From assembly GCA_052033835.1 (NCBI GenBank), contig JBPOJG010000025.1, positions 1,763 through 65,762 on the forward strand: 64,000 bases of DNA. Reading direction: 5' to 3'. Of this stretch, positions 8,131 to 16,610 are shown one piece after another. This DNA is from Spirochaetota bacterium. GTDB lineage: Bacteria; Spirochaetota; Leptospiria; Leptospirales; Leptospiraceae. Both the position numbers and the translations under genes were made by a program. The notes beneath the pieces were generated by a model. It did not search any database, was not told the DNA's origin, and saw nothing but the letters and a program-made list of their open reading frames with translations. How positions within the stretch are numbered: the stretch's first letter is position 1; each line of letters begins with the position of its first letter.

Positions 8131-9222
8131 ATGCAGACAATTTGGGGCGGAACAGCAAAAAAGTTAAAAGGCAATTGCCTTGTGATCGGTGCATTCATTT
8201 CGGAAGGCGACAATGTGTGGACTGTTGAAGAAAAGAAATCGACCTGGGCGGATGTAGAGAAGGCAATGAACTGGATTTCCGAACAGGCCAAAGAATACGA
8301 TACAGAGGTCAGTTTTGAGCTGCTTCCAGTCAATTTGGAAGAAGGGAGCGAAGAAGAGGCAGGGGATGCGATTATTGACAGACTGCCTCGCCTGGCAGAT
8401 GATGTAAAGCTCAAGAACAAGGCGGTGGAGCAGGCCTGCATTGAGCTGGGTTATGAGTCGGTGACTGATTTTTATCACTCTCTCATCGAAGGATACTCAG
8501 ACTACAGCGTGCATTTTATGCTGCTTCTGAATGCAGATGACAGATCGTATATGACCACATGTCCCATAGACGATGAAAAGAAATTTCTCGAGCTGAATAT
8601 GGTGTTCAAGAACAACGGGAAGATCAATTCTTTTGTGTTGGCTCATGAAACACTTCATGCATACAGTGCGATGGATCTTTACAATGTTGGCGGAAGTGAA
8701 GAGGGAAAAACTGCAGAAGATGCTTCCAAAGAAAAATGTCCAAACGAAGTGATGTGTTCTTATCAGCATGATGTTTCCGATTCTGCTGTTTCTGATTATA
8801 CAGCATTTCTGGTTGGCTGGCATGATGAACCGGAAGACTGGTATGCTGAAATCACCCAGCCTCACAATAAGGCAAGACTGGAATTCATTATGAATTCATT
8901 TTCCTATTTTGACGATGACGGAAATCTTTCAGTAGAAAGCGAGGAAGAAATTCTCAAGTATTCCTATGAAGGAGGCGAATTTACTAGAATCCGTCTCAAT
9001 GAAGACGACAATCTGATTCAGTGGAGACACTATGACAATGAAACCGAGGAGGAAGAAGAATACTGGGAAACTTTAAAAGATGCAAACTATTATTATCTGG
9101 AAGGCAAATTTGTGCATACCAACATTACAGTTCCAGTCAGTTCAGTCGGGCAGGGTTATATTCTGTATGATGTTGGCGGTAAGTATGAACCCTGGGTGCA
9201 GATGACTCAGATGGAAACCTGA
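8131..9222 (+). CDS. HExxH (zincin-like) protein of an unassigned family, paralogue A
   Basis: 363 aa, no signal peptide. Shares WGGTAKKLKGNC, AHETLHAYSAMDLYN, NEVM and TAFLVGWHDEPEDWY with the ORFs at 53403 and 55782. Confidence 0.75.
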   Translation: MQTIWGGTAKKLKGNCLVIGAFISEGDNVWTVEEKKSTWADVEKAMNWISEQAKEYDTEVSFELLPVNLEEGSEEEAGDAIIDRLPRLADDVKLKNKAVEQACIELGYESVTDFYHSLIEGYSDYSVHFMLLLNADDRSYMTTCPIDDEKKFLELNMVFKNNGKINSFVLAHETLHAYSAMDLYNVGGSEEGKTAEDASKEKCPNEVMCSYQHDVSDSAVSDYTAFLVGWHDEPEDWYAEITQPHNKARLEFIMNSFSYFDDDGNLSVESEEEILKYSYEGGEFTRIRLNEDDNLIQWRHYDNETEEEEEYWETLKDANYYYLEGKFVHTNITVPVSSVGQGYILYDVGGKYEPWVQMTQMET

Positions 9223-9262
9223 ATGTGCAGCGTCAGGTGAGAGGTCTGCATCAGAGATAAAA

Positions 9263-10822
9263 ATGCTGAACTGGAAAACGGAAGAATCCATATACAATTT
9301 TATAGTAAGCAGTCTTGATTCTTCAGGCAAACTGAAAGAGTCAGGGATGGAGCTTCCTGACGAACCGAAGACGGAAGCCGGTCTTCGATATGCTCCCGGA
9401 ATGGCAGATGCTGTTTTCGGGAATGCTGAATCTGCACTCTCAGATGAGGAGCTTGAAGAGTTTTCTGAACTGATATTGCGTTCAGCATTGGGAGATGAAG
9501 AGTCTGAGAGCAGGCTGTACGAAAATGTATGCTCCAGATACAGTGTCATCTCAATCATTGACAGAGTTTTGGGGAAACTGGAAGAGGACAGCTTCAGTCT
9601 GAAGGAAAATCTGGCAGTAACGGCAGCTGATTTTGCCTTCAAGTCCGCAGACAGAAATGCAGTAAAGTTCGGAATAGCTCTTCTCGGTTTCTGCAGAAGC
9701 AAAGATGACCTTGATGGAATCAAAACACTCGGCCTTCATGATGAATTTACATTATTTGCAACCGTAGCTGTAATGAATATATCATCTGATACGGAAAAAG
9801 ACCTTCTGGAAATTGCAAAGAAGGCAGAGGGCTGGGGCAGAATACAAAGTGTTCAGAGACTTGCTGAAATAGTGCATTCTTCTGAAACAGAAGACTGGCT
9901 TGTATATGAAGGCTATAAGAACAGTATTATGTATGAGTATCTTACCTACATTGCAGCAGTTCACGGAAAACTCTATGAAAGACTCTGTGTTCCCAAAATT
10001 GACAGACGGCTTTTTGAATCTGCAGGAGAAATCATTGAAGGGCTGATTTCCGGAGGTCCTGCTGAAGATATCTCCGATTATGACCGTGCCGCCATGACAG
10101 TAGGACAGTATATTCGGCATTCCATTCTTCTTGCAGAAGAACTGCAGGATTTTATTGTTCTGCATTCTATTAAAGATTTTCTGGAAGAAATCAGAGATGA
10201 TATACAAAATCATGAAAGAAATGGCTGGAATCAGGACAATATTGCAGACTGCCTGATTGACATCAACTCTGTTACCAGACGGTCTGACTGGAAAAAGAAA
10301 ACTGAAGATGCACTTGACAGTCCTCGCCTGTCTGTTTTTTTCAAAGGAAAAATTGCCGCATCCATTCTGGGAATAAACTATTGGGAAAATGTCTGGGTGC
10401 GTCTCAAAGAAAATCCGGAAAATGTTTCCCTCTGGTCAGATGCAGTGAATACTGCCCCTCCTGAAATGACAGATGCCCTCATTGAATTGTCTTTGAAATC
10501 GCTTCCTCTGGAGCGTCTGGCATCCGGGCCGGCTGACAGTGTCGGACTTGGTGAAAATTATGCATATTATATGTGTCTGGAATATCTGATTACTTATCTT
10601 GGAGGTTTTCCCGGAAGAGGTGATCAGCTGATTCTGTGCGGACTTCAGGCTCCCGTCACAAGAACAAGAAATATGTGTGTGATGACTCTTGGCAGATGGG
10701 GCAGGGAAAACTGGAGTGAGACAATTCGGCAGGCGGTGCAGAATCTTTCAAAAATTGAACCGAATCCCAGAACAAAAAGCAATCTCGAAAAACTCCTTCT
10801 AGGTGAAAAGCAGGTCTGGTAA
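9263..10822 (+). CDS. Hypothetical helical (HEAT-like?) protein following HExxH paralogue A
   Basis: 519-aa uninterrupted ORF starting 40 nt after paralogue A. Composition suggests an alpha-helical protein. No catalytic motif recognised. Confidence 0.65.
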   Translation: MLNWKTEESIYNFIVSSLDSSGKLKESGMELPDEPKTEAGLRYAPGMADAVFGNAESALSDEELEEFSELILRSALGDEESESRLYENVCSRYSVISIIDRVLGKLEEDSFSLKENLAVTAADFAFKSADRNAVKFGIALLGFCRSKDDLDGIKTLGLHDEFTLFATVAVMNISSDTEKDLLEIAKKAEGWGRIQSVQRLAEIVHSSETEDWLVYEGYKNSIMYEYLTYIAAVHGKLYERLCVPKIDRRLFESAGEIIEGLISGGPAEDISDYDRAAMTVGQYIRHSILLAEELQDFIVLHSIKDFLEEIRDDIQNHERNGWNQDNIADCLIDINSVTRRSDWKKKTEDALDSPRLSVFFKGKIAASILGINYWENVWVRLKENPENVSLWSDAVNTAPPEMTDALIELSLKSLPLERLASGPADSVGLGENYAYYMCLEYLITYLGGFPGRGDQLILCGLQAPVTRTRNMCVMTLGRWGRENWSETIRQAVQNLSKIEPNPRTKSNLEKLLLGEKQVW

Positions 10823-10828
10823 AACAGC

Positions 10829-11025
10829 CCCGTTTTCGTAAGGTAAGTTATCAATTGAGTATTAATTAAAAGCATGATTGTAAAATTACGGAATATGACA
10901 AAAAGCGGGGATTCCAAAGAGGTTGCAAAACCCCTTTGGGCCTTGTCCGGCAGGACCCACATTCATCCCAGATTTCTAATCGAACGAAGTAGCGGCTTCC
11001 ACGCTTGCGAGATTAGAAATCTGGG
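10829..11025. repeat. Composite modular repeat (half module A, module E, D-like segment, module C hairpin)
   Basis: cgtaaggtaagtta resembles module A, and gcatgattgtaaaattacgga resembles module E. A perfect 15-bp inverted repeat, cccagatttctaatc/gattagaaatctggg (10967-10981 and 11011-11025), encloses agcggcttccacgcttgcg. Confidence 0.8.
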
Positions 11026-12799
11026 TAATAAATTACTTGCAGCACTCGTTGCTGCTCTCACTCTTTATTTTCTCAGATTCACATTCAGTTCTGAATGGTT
11101 CGGGGAAGAGCTGGGAAGAAACGACTGGGATCTTCATTTTTTTTATCTGGAGTCCCTTAGAAAACCTGTCGCGGATTTTTTTCAGATCCCTTTCTGGAAT
11201 CCGTATTATACAGGCGGGATGCCAGTTCTCGAAAACCCTCAGATAAAGTTTTTTTCACCGAGTTTTATGCTTTCGATTTTTTTCGGAAGCATTGCTGCAC
11301 TCAAGTTTTCCGTGATCCTGTATTATCTTGCTGGAGCATTCGGTGCAGTGTATTTATTTAAGAATACGCTTCGAATGAATTTTTCAGGAACACTGTTTTC
11401 TTCGATTCTGTTTCTTTTCTGCGGATGGCATCTCCAGCACGTTTATCCGGGGCATGGAAATTTCTTTTCCACACCAGTCATTGTCTGGACAGCAGCATTT
11501 TTGATTCAGTATCTGAAAAAAAAGAGAGTTTTGCATCTTTTTCTTTTCTCTTCTTCAGTCAGCCTTCTTCTGTCTGAAGGAAATATTCATATATTTTTAT
11601 ATATTTATTTAATAATATCATTATCATTTATATATTGCCTTTTTACAGACAGGCAGGCAGCATACAGGATATGTATCGCCGCACTGACAGGTACTGTTTT
11701 CTCCTCTTACAGACTGATTCCAGAAATGGAGTTTCTTTTCAGAAACGGTGTTTTTTATCATCCTGCGGACAGAAACTTTTTAGTCCTGTCAGATCTCTGG
11801 AAAATATTCACAGCATCTTCTCAGCACCCCGAACTTTCCTTTCATTTTCAGAATCAGGAGTACAGATGGTGGGAATATGGAAATTATATCGGAACTATTC
11901 CTTTTCTTATTTTTATTCCTCTTTCAGTTTTTTTGAAAAGAAAGGATATCCCTCTGATTCTTCTGGCATTATTTACAGCACTGTATTCACTTGGAAATTT
12001 TCATTTTCTTTCACCGGCAAATATCATCAGTCATCTTCCCGGGTTCTCCAATATGAGATGTCATTCCAGATGGACACTTTTTACTGTATTCTTTTTTTCA
12101 ACTCTGCTTGGGATTCTGATTACAAGGATGCAGATCTGGACTTTCGGAAAAATCCGAAACAGATGGAAAGGTTGGATCAGATATCTTCCGTTTTTTGCAC
12201 CGATCTTTTTCTGTGCTCTACTTTATAATGACTTGAACAGGAAAAATGCAAAGCTTATTTCTGGGATATTTAATATCCCTTTTTCAGAAATGAATGTGCA
12301 GAAAAAAGAATTTCATACAGTGAAAAATATGAAGAGTTACGGAGCAAATTCGTCCATGCTTCCAGCCATTCTTTCCGGAGTCTCGATCAAGGAAGGTTAT
12401 GAAACTCTGAACAGAAGTACAAATCAGAAAACAGTCGATGATACTGATTATAGAGGTGAATATTATTTAAGCGGAAATGGAGATGTAAAGCTTATTTCCC
12501 GAACTCCTTCCTGGATGTACTTTTCTGCAAGTCTCTCAGAAAAAAATACATTATATTTAAATATGAATTACAGCAGGCACTGGAAGACAGACAGAGGTGT
12601 AATAATGTCAGACAGTCAGGGACTCTTGAAGATGGAACTTCCTGCAGGTGTTTATCAGTTTGAACTCTATTATTCGAATATTTATTTCTGGATCGGATTC
12701 TGGATTTCTCTTGTCTCGATGCTGCTTACTGCTTATCAAATATATCGGACAAGGAGCAGGCCTGTCTGCTGTGTCGGCAGGCCAATTCTGTCAAATTAA
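10874..12799 (+). CDS. Polytopic membrane protein (YfhO-like/glycosyltransferase-like); 5' end uncertain
   Basis: More than 10 predicted TM segments. FWNPYYTGGMPVLENPQ...LKFSVILYYLAGAFGAVYLF resembles YfhO-type proteins. The first ~50 codons are repeat-element sequence. Confidence 0.65.
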   Translation: MIVKLRNMTKSGDSKEVAKPLWALSGRTHIHPRFLIERSSGFHACEIRNLGNKLLAALVAALTLYFLRFTFSSEWFGEELGRNDWDLHFFYLESLRKPVADFFQIPFWNPYYTGGMPVLENPQIKFFSPSFMLSIFFGSIAALKFSVILYYLAGAFGAVYLFKNTLRMNFSGTLFSSILFLFCGWHLQHVYPGHGNFFSTPVIVWTAAFLIQYLKKKRVLHLFLFSSSVSLLLSEGNIHIFLYIYLIISLSFIYCLFTDRQAAYRICIAALTGTVFSSYRLIPEMEFLFRNGVFYHPADRNFLVLSDLWKIFTASSQHPELSFHFQNQEYRWWEYGNYIGTIPFLIFIPLSVFLKRKDIPLILLALFTALYSLGNFHFLSPANIISHLPGFSNMRCHSRWTLFTVFFFSTLLGILITRMQIWTFGKIRNRWKGWIRYLPFFAPIFFCALLYNDLNRKNAKLISGIFNIPFSEMNVQKKEFHTVKNMKSYGANSSMLPAILSGVSIKEGYETLNRSTNQKTVDDTDYRGEYYLSGNGDVKLISRTPSWMYFSASLSEKNTLYLNMNYSRHWKTDRGVIMSDSQGLLKMELPAGVYQFELYYSNIYFWIGFWISLVSMLLTAYQIYRTRSRPVCCVGRPILSN

Positions 12800-12836
12800 G
12801 ACAGCACAAGTGCAAGTTGCAGGCTTGTGTAAAGTC

Positions 12837-13379
12837 TCAGTCCTGTTTTGGGAAAATCAGCTTGGATATATCGAATCCTGATGAGGCAGCTTTCTGCAGA
12901 AGTTTCTTTTTCAGATCATCACTGATTTTAGGAGTTCTGGAAAGAAGCCAAAGATAACTTCTGTCCGGTCCGCAGATCAGCGCATACTGATAATTTTCTT
13001 TATCAAGATCAAATATAATATAAGCACCATAGAATGGTCCGAAGAATGAAACTTTCAGGTATCCTTTTTCTTTGTTTTCAACGAAGGATGCTTTTCCTTC
13101 CGCCTGTTTCCATATTTTCTTTTCATCCAGAAAACCTCGGTTCAGAACTCTAACGGAACCGTCTTCTTTGAGAGCGTATTCTGCTGTCACATTGGAAAGC
13201 CCTCTTTCAAAGGAATGATCCAGTCTGGCAATCTCATACCATTTCCCCAGATATCTTTCGAGTTGAAAACTTTCAACAGGCTGAATTCCTTGAGGGATAC
13301 TTACGCAGGTGCTGAAAAAGAGGAATGCAAAGACAGTGAATACAGAAAATGACCATTTTGATCTGAGTGAATGAATCAT
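12837..13379 (-). CDS. blc: Bacterial lipocalin (Blc-like outer-membrane lipoprotein)
   Basis: Signal/lipobox (FFSTC), then YLGKWYEIARLDHSFERGL..VTAEY....VLNRG, the classic Blc signature. Confidence 0.85.
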   Translation of the reverse strand: MIHSLRSKWSFSVFTVFAFLFFSTCVSIPQGIQPVESFQLERYLGKWYEIARLDHSFERGLSNVTAEYALKEDGSVRVLNRGFLDEKKIWKQAEGKASFVENKEKGYLKVSFFGPFYGAYIIFDLDKENYQYALICGPDRSYLWLLSRTPKISDDLKKKLLQKAASSGFDISKLIFPKQD

Positions 13380-13489
13380 ATAATCATCTTTTATCGGAGG
13401 CAGCTTTTGTCACGTATGTTCTGGTCTTCCCGCAGGGCTGTCCTTGGATTGAGCGAAGCAAGACCTATTCGCTGACTGTGGCACTCGCG

Positions 13490-13635
13490 GCATCATCTGC
13501 AAAATGGAACGGTTCAGTGCTTGCTCCCAATGGAAAGATTTACGGGATACCATTTGAATCCTCGTCATCGATCCCAAATCCAACGGAACCTGGCCAGCTG
13601 ATCTGTATCTGTCGCCGTATTTTAATAGGTTTTGA
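13490..13635 (+). pseudogene. 3' fragment of a paralogue of the 20202-21641 repeat lipoprotein (last blade only, frameshifted)
   Basis: The nucleotide match to 21495-21641 (..gcttgctcccaatggaaagatttacgg..) includes the terminal ...DLYLSPYFN(R/K)F*. Between the PF and DP codons the fragment has 14 nt against 24 nt in the parent, which breaks the frame. Confidence 0.75.
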
Positions 13636-13760
13636 TGATAGTGTTTATGCAGTCAAAAAATCTGCTTGAAAGAATGACAAAAGTATTTGGGCGTAGGTGA
13701 CGTTTCAAAACGTCACTTTCATTCGTCCTGAAGAAACTGATCTATGTTTCTCAGAATAAG

Positions 13761-13967
13761 ATGGAAATAAATGCTTTTTTGGACAGTTTCGAAATTGTTG
13801 AAACTAACAGTGAGATCAGAAGAAAGGTGATTGATTACAGGAAAAAGAAGAAAATAAAAATTCCTGATGCAATCATTATAGCAACGGCAAGTTGGCTGGA
13901 AGCTGATCTGCTGACAAACAATGTAAAAGCCTATTTACCGCAGATAAACACCGATGAACGCGGATAA
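13761..13967 (+). pseudogene. PIN-domain (VapC-like) toxin, C-terminal fragment
   Basis: FEIVETNSEIRRKVIDYRKKKKIKIPDAIIIATASWLEADLLTNN matches the C-terminal half of VapC/PIN proteins. The N-terminal acidic residues are missing, and the 3' end diverges into non-homologous sequence. Confidence 0.5.
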
Positions 13968-14268
13968 TATATAGGATAATTTTAATATAATTATATTGCA
14001 TATTGAATAAACTTCAGTATTATGAAATTTAATTCAATAGACTTGCCGCAGCCTTCTCGTTCTTTGTGTCCTTCGTGGTAAAATGTAGCTTTTACTCAAT
14101 CCCCTCATTCGAAACATCGCATTCATATTTTGGAAAAAGGTTTTCGCAATGAATGAAAATAATTAATAATTATCCTGTTATAATTATTTTCCTTTCAGTG
14201 CCATTTTTACTGTATCCAGAGCAGAACTCCTGAAATACTGATGCTGAATATTCTTCGCAGGTATCTGA

Positions 14269-14461
14269 GTTCGTCAGAGCACAACTGCAGTCCAAGTTTA
14301 TGGACAGCCGGGGAGTTTTACATCCAACGCTGCCAACAACCGAGGGATCAGTGCGAACAGTTTAAATGGAGCAGCTGGAGTTGTCAGTGACAAAAACGGG
14401 AATATACGCAGCAGACAATCTTAATAACCGAGTTGTTACTGCTCAGCAAAATAAAAAGTGA
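14269..14461 (+). pseudogene. NHL-repeat protein, C-terminal fragment with frameshift
   Basis: VYGQPGSFTSNAANNRGISANSLNGAAGVVSDKNGNI continues as IYAADNLNNRVVTAQQNKK* in the +1 frame. There is no upstream coding continuation. Confidence 0.4.
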
Positions 14462-14467
14462 GGAAAA

Positions 14468-14530
14468 AGCAGGGATTTTTAGCAGCTTCCACGTTTGCGA
14501 AACCGCCGGCAGGCGAGAAACGTGGGTCAA
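14468..14530. repeat. Modular intergenic repeat, copy 4 (modules B+D)
   Basis: agcagggatttttagcagcttccacgtttgcgaaaccgccggcaggcgagaaacgtgggtcaa. Its left end is the reverse complement of 62100-62126. Confidence 0.85.
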
Positions 14531-14608
14531 TAGTCAGAAAGAAAGGCTGTCCTATTGTCTGACAAAACAACCTTGACAGAAGTTTTGCTCCAAATCAAGG
14601 TATCAATT

Positions 14609-16174
14609 ATGAAAAGACTTCCGTTGGGCATTCAGACATTCTCGAAGATGATTGAAGATGATTGCTATTACGTGGATAAGACCGGATTTATTCCCAAGCT
14701 CTTTCAATTGGGCACTTACTTTTTTCTTTCCCGTCCACGTCGTTTTGGGAAAAGTTCTTTTTTGGATACACTGAGGGAAGCGGTTGAGGGAAATAAGAAA
14801 CTATTTAAGGGACTTTACTTAGAAAAGAATTGGGATTGGTCAAAGAAATATCCTGTAATTAAAATCAGCTTTGGTGGCGGACAGACCATTCATTTAGATA
14901 ATCTGAAATTAATGATGGGGGATATGTTTTTAGCTTTCGAGAGAGAGTTTCAGCTCAAACTGGAGAGTTCCTCTCCTGCAGGGAAGTTCAAAGAATTAAT
15001 TGAAATTCTATACAAGAGGGAAAAGCAAAAGGTTGTTATCCTCGTAGATGAATACGATAAGCCGATTCTGGATATAATTGAAAAGGAAGAACTTGCCTTA
15101 TTGGTTCGAGATGAATTAAAAAATTTGTATTCCGTCATCAAAGACTCGGACCAATATATTAAATTTGTCTTTATCACCGGAGTCAGTAAATTTTCTAAAG
15201 TAAATCTTTTCAGTGGACTGAACAATTTGACTGACATTACTCTTGATCCTGAGTTTGCGAGTATTTGCGGATATACCCAAGAGGAACTGAAAGTCTTTCA
15301 AGATTTGCTTGCAGATGTTTCACTTTCGGATTTGAAGGAATGGTACAACGGTTATAATTTTCGAGGAGAAAAGATATATAACCCCTATGATGTTCTGAAC
15401 TATTTAAAAAACAAAGAATTCAAGAACTATTGGTTTGAAACAGGAACCCCGTCTTTTCTAATCAAGTTAATTGAAAAAAGAAAATTTCCGATTCCTGACT
15501 TGGAGAAAATTGAACTCACAGAAACATCTTTAAACAGTTTTGATGTGGGTTCGATTGAACTAGAAGCACTCTTATTTCAGACAGGGTATTTAACGATTCA
15601 GGAGATAGAACGTTTGGGGGATATGATTATCTATCATCTAAGATATCCAAACAAGGAAGTGAAAAGCAGTCTGACTGATTCCATATTAAAATTTTTAGCA
15701 AATACATCTTCTACAGATAAAGAGAAAAATAAAAGCAATCTTTTTAAACTCCTGCACAAGGGTGATGTAGAAGGACTAAAGAATTTATTTTATGCGTTCT
15801 TTGCATCGATTCCTTACAACTGGTATACGAATAACACCATCGCAAATTATGAAGGTTACTATGCCTCCGTGTTCTATACCTATTTTACCGCTACAGGAAT
15901 AGAAGTGTATGTAGAAGATGCAACTAATCTGGGACGCATTGATTTGGTCGCCATATTGAATCATCGCTGTTATGTGCTGGAGTTCAAAGTAAATGAAATG
16001 ACTGGGGTCGGTAAAGCGATCACTCAAATCAAAGAGAAAAAGTATCACGAGAAATATGTCGGTTATGCAAGCACACATCTCTATTCGGGAACGGTAGGTG
16101 AAATCTATTTGATTGGAGTAGAGTTTAATAAATCGGATAGAAATATCACTGCCTTTGATTGGGAGAAGGTGTAG
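14609..16174 (+). CDS. Predicted AAA-ATPase fused to a PD-(D/E)xK nuclease domain (AAA-ATPase_like + PDDEXK_9 architecture), paralogue 1
   Basis: LPLGIQTFSKMIEDDCYYVDKTGFI...FFLSRPRRFGKSSFL at the N-terminus, VILVDEYDKP as Walker B, and GRIDLVAI...YVLEFKV (D...ExK) at the C-terminus. Confidence 0.85.
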   Translation: MKRLPLGIQTFSKMIEDDCYYVDKTGFIPKLFQLGTYFFLSRPRRFGKSSFLDTLREAVEGNKKLFKGLYLEKNWDWSKKYPVIKISFGGGQTIHLDNLKLMMGDMFLAFEREFQLKLESSSPAGKFKELIEILYKREKQKVVILVDEYDKPILDIIEKEELALLVRDELKNLYSVIKDSDQYIKFVFITGVSKFSKVNLFSGLNNLTDITLDPEFASICGYTQEELKVFQDLLADVSLSDLKEWYNGYNFRGEKIYNPYDVLNYLKNKEFKNYWFETGTPSFLIKLIEKRKFPIPDLEKIELTETSLNSFDVGSIELEALLFQTGYLTIQEIERLGDMIIYHLRYPNKEVKSSLTDSILKFLANTSSTDKEKNKSNLFKLLHKGDVEGLKNLFYAFFASIPYNWYTNNTIANYEGYYASVFYTYFTATGIEVYVEDATNLGRIDLVAILNHRCYVLEFKVNEMTGVGKAITQIKEKKYHEKYVGYASTHLYSGTVGEIYLIGVEFNKSDRNITAFDWEKV

Positions 16175-16418
16175 CATTCGAAATGTGTAAAAATGGCTTG
16201 TAAGTGGGCAGATTACCTGTAAATTTAACCATTTGAGCAGCAGAATGCCGGGTAAAGTCCTTCCAATCGGTAACAGGCAATCAATGAGACTCATTATTTG
16301 AGAATTATAGTAATTCTCAAAATCCGGCGTCCTGCAAAGTCGAAAAAGCTGTTGAAAATATGATGAATATATTGTAAATATTTATATTTTAGACAATGTT
16401 GATGTTTTCAGCTAAACA

Positions 16419-16475
16419 GCCGCATACCTTGAAGCTGCTGCAAGCCTTGAAACTGCGCTTTGCTCACTTGAGATA
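16419..16475. repeat. Modular intergenic repeat, short copy (module B variant)
   Basis: gccgcataccttgaagctgctgcaagccttgaaactgcg parallels gctcgcatacttggaagctgctgcaagctagaaaactgc at 35799-35836. Confidence 0.6.
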
Positions 16476-16610
16476 TGAACTTCTGCAGATCTTTTCTCTT
16501 TTCCTTGACGCTTCCGTCGGGGTTGCGGCAGCCAAAAAAAGGGACGAAAAATTTTTTGGAAGAGAGCTTTTTCTATTGCCTCTGCCTAAAAAGTTTAATT
16601 CGGTGAAACT

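Noticed and set aside
9142-9723. A 193-aa Ser-rich minus-strand ORF.
   Set aside because: It runs antisense to the 3' end of HExxH paralogue A and the 5' end of the 519-aa ORF. Antisense reading of GAA/GAG-rich coding sequence gives this low-complexity Ser/Phe/Leu composition.
11635-12228. A 197-aa alternative-frame ORF inside the YfhO-like membrane protein gene.
   Set aside because: It is on the same strand but in another frame, within a continuous 641-aa ORF that has coherent transmembrane periodicity. It is Ser/Phe-rich and not credible.
13940-14100. The GC-richer boxes cagataaacaccgatgaacgcggataa (reads ..QINTDERG*) and gccttctcgttctttgtgtccttcgtggtaaaa flank an AT-rich core at the 3' break of the PIN fragment. 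They remind me of widely scattered TDEHG/LCxLCG junk-ORF motifs seen in other phyla.
   Set aside because: Only one copy lies in this window and I cannot verify the resemblance without a search. It is recorded as a pointer only and not called as a feature.
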